Shown piece after piece: positions 42,057 to 43,086 of a DNA stretch of 43,086 nucleotides. Below the pieces are notes generated by a model. That model made no database searches. It saw only the letters and a list, made by a program, of their open reading frames with translations, and was not told the DNA's origin. Each line of letters opens with the position of its first letter. Positions within the stretch are counted from its first letter, which is position 1. The stretch is from Myxococcales bacterium (GTDB lineage: Bacteria > Myxococcota_A > Polyangia > Polyangiales > Polyangiaceae), in the NCBI GenBank assembly GCA_043747615.1, contig JAYTOU010000025.1:1-43086 (forward strand), read 5' to 3'. Position numbers and translations under genes: made by a program.

Positions 42057-42728
42057 GTGACTCCCGCAACCAAAGCCATACTCGTCCCGCTCGCATACAT
42101 CGCGTTCGTGCTTGGCGCCGGCGCGCTCGTCTACAGCTTCGTCTCCGTCGTGCGCGAAGGAGAGACGCGGCGGCGCTGCAGCGCAGAGTGCTTGCTCAAA
42201 CCGGACTACGCCGCGGCGACCCGCAAGCTGCCGGCGTTCACGCTGAAGAACATGACGGGCGCGGACGTGAACATCGAGAGTTACCGCGGCAAGGTGGTCA
42301 TCCTAAATTTTTGGACGAAGACGTGCGGGCCGTGCCTCGAAGAGATGCCGGAGCTCGCCGATCTTGCGCGCATTTTGAAGGACCGCACGGACGTCGCGGT
42401 GATCACCATCTCGACCGACGACGGCCCCAACGAGGTGCGCGATACGTTGAAGACCGTTCTGCGCGGCGACCCGCCGTTCGAAGTGCTCTTCGATCCCGAC
42501 TCGAAAATCGTCGGTGGAAAATTCGGCACGCATCTCTTTCCGGAGACGTGGATCATCGACAAGCGCGGCGTCCTCCGCGCCCGCTTCGACGGCGCCCGCG
42601 AGTGGGGCAGCGCCACGGTCGTAGAGCTGGTCGATCAGATTCGCAACGGTGGCTACTGCCCGATCGAAATGCGCGAAGGCAAAGCGTTGGGCGAGGGTTC
42701 ACGCCTCTGCAGCGAGCTCGGCGGCTAG
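42057..42728 (+). CDS. Membrane-anchored TlpA/ResA-family redoxin
   Basis: N-terminal TM, RGKVVILNFWTKTCGPCLEEMP, FPETWIIDKRG. GTG 42057 lies 7 nt after TATAAA. Confidence 0.9.
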   Translation: MTPATKAILVPLAYIAFVLGAGALVYSFVSVVREGETRRRCSAECLLKPDYAAATRKLPAFTLKNMTGADVNIESYRGKVVILNFWTKTCGPCLEEMPELADLARILKDRTDVAVITISTDDGPNEVRDTLKTVLRGDPPFEVLFDPDSKIVGGKFGTHLFPETWIIDKRGVLRARFDGAREWGSATVVELVDQIRNGGYCPIEMREGKALGEGSRLCSELGG

Positions 42729-42798
42729 CAGGGGTCGATAAAGCGGCTGCGCAGGCAAAATCGTCGGTCGGGTATCCGAGACCTCCTCTACTCCGTGA

Positions 42799-42951
42799 CT
42801 CTCCGTGAAGCACTGGAATCGGCTGGAGGAAGGACTCCTCCTTGCGACGACGCCGAGGGTCGCGTGGCCCATGCTCCTCCGCCGCTGTTTTTCCGTCGAC
42901 GTCCTCAAATGCGCGCGGTGCGGCGGCCGGCTTCGCGTGATGGCGGTCGTG
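42799..42951 (+). mobile_element. IS91-like (rolling-circle) transposase C-terminal remnant
   Basis: LSVKHWNRLEEGLLLATTPRVAWPMLLRRCFSVDVLKCARCGGRLRVMAVV matches the W..LL.R.F..DVL.C..CGG.LR C-terminal zinc-finger pattern. An in-frame TGA precedes it and there is no catalytic domain. Confidence 0.7.
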
Positions 42952-43086
42952 CGCAGTTGCGCACTAGGGCGCACCCACAGCGACGCAAACGCCGGACTGC
43001 GTTGGAGACGGATGCGGTCGTGGGTCGTCGCGCTCGCATGGACGCGGCTCGGTCTCGTTCATCGGCTTCCGCGGCGGAGGATCGGG

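Overview
High-GC chromosomal segment that looks myxobacterial (Polyangiaceae/Labilithrix-like, inferred from five Hanks Ser/Thr kinases, TPR-PEGA proteins and Cys-rich lipoproteins). The core part (about 1-35.4 kb and 39.6-42.7 kb) holds tRNA-Leu(TAG), a kinase-PEGA-FGE protein and purC-purS. It also has a coupled minus-strand run of thiolase > MBL hydrolase > small ORF > orphan FliH/SctL-like protein > site-2 protease, and a second run of kinase-cyclase-like-AAA-TPR > patatin > CCINC thioredoxin-NHL lipoprotein > ligA > GIDE. Further genes are a J-domain/TPR protein, PPi-PFK, AKR + PhyH dioxygenase, a livK-livH pair without the rest of the transporter, an encapsulated-ferritin + family 1 encapsulin operon, a kinase + TPR-PEGA pair, a radical SAM enzyme and a TlpA redoxin. 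Between about 35.45 and 39.4 kb lies a mosaic of short abutting fragments of unrelated genes (lipoproteins, ferritin-like domain, VapC, DUF6788-like, AraC) around two intact genes, and an IS91-like transposase scrap sits at the right edge. The most notable signals are this fragment mosaic with short duplications at some junctions, -10 boxes 6-10 nt before many start codons (leaderless mRNAs), the orphan SctL/FliH cassette, the kinase/TPR-PEGA pair and the STAND-kinase + patatin coupling. All family calls come from motif recognition by eye; no database search was run.
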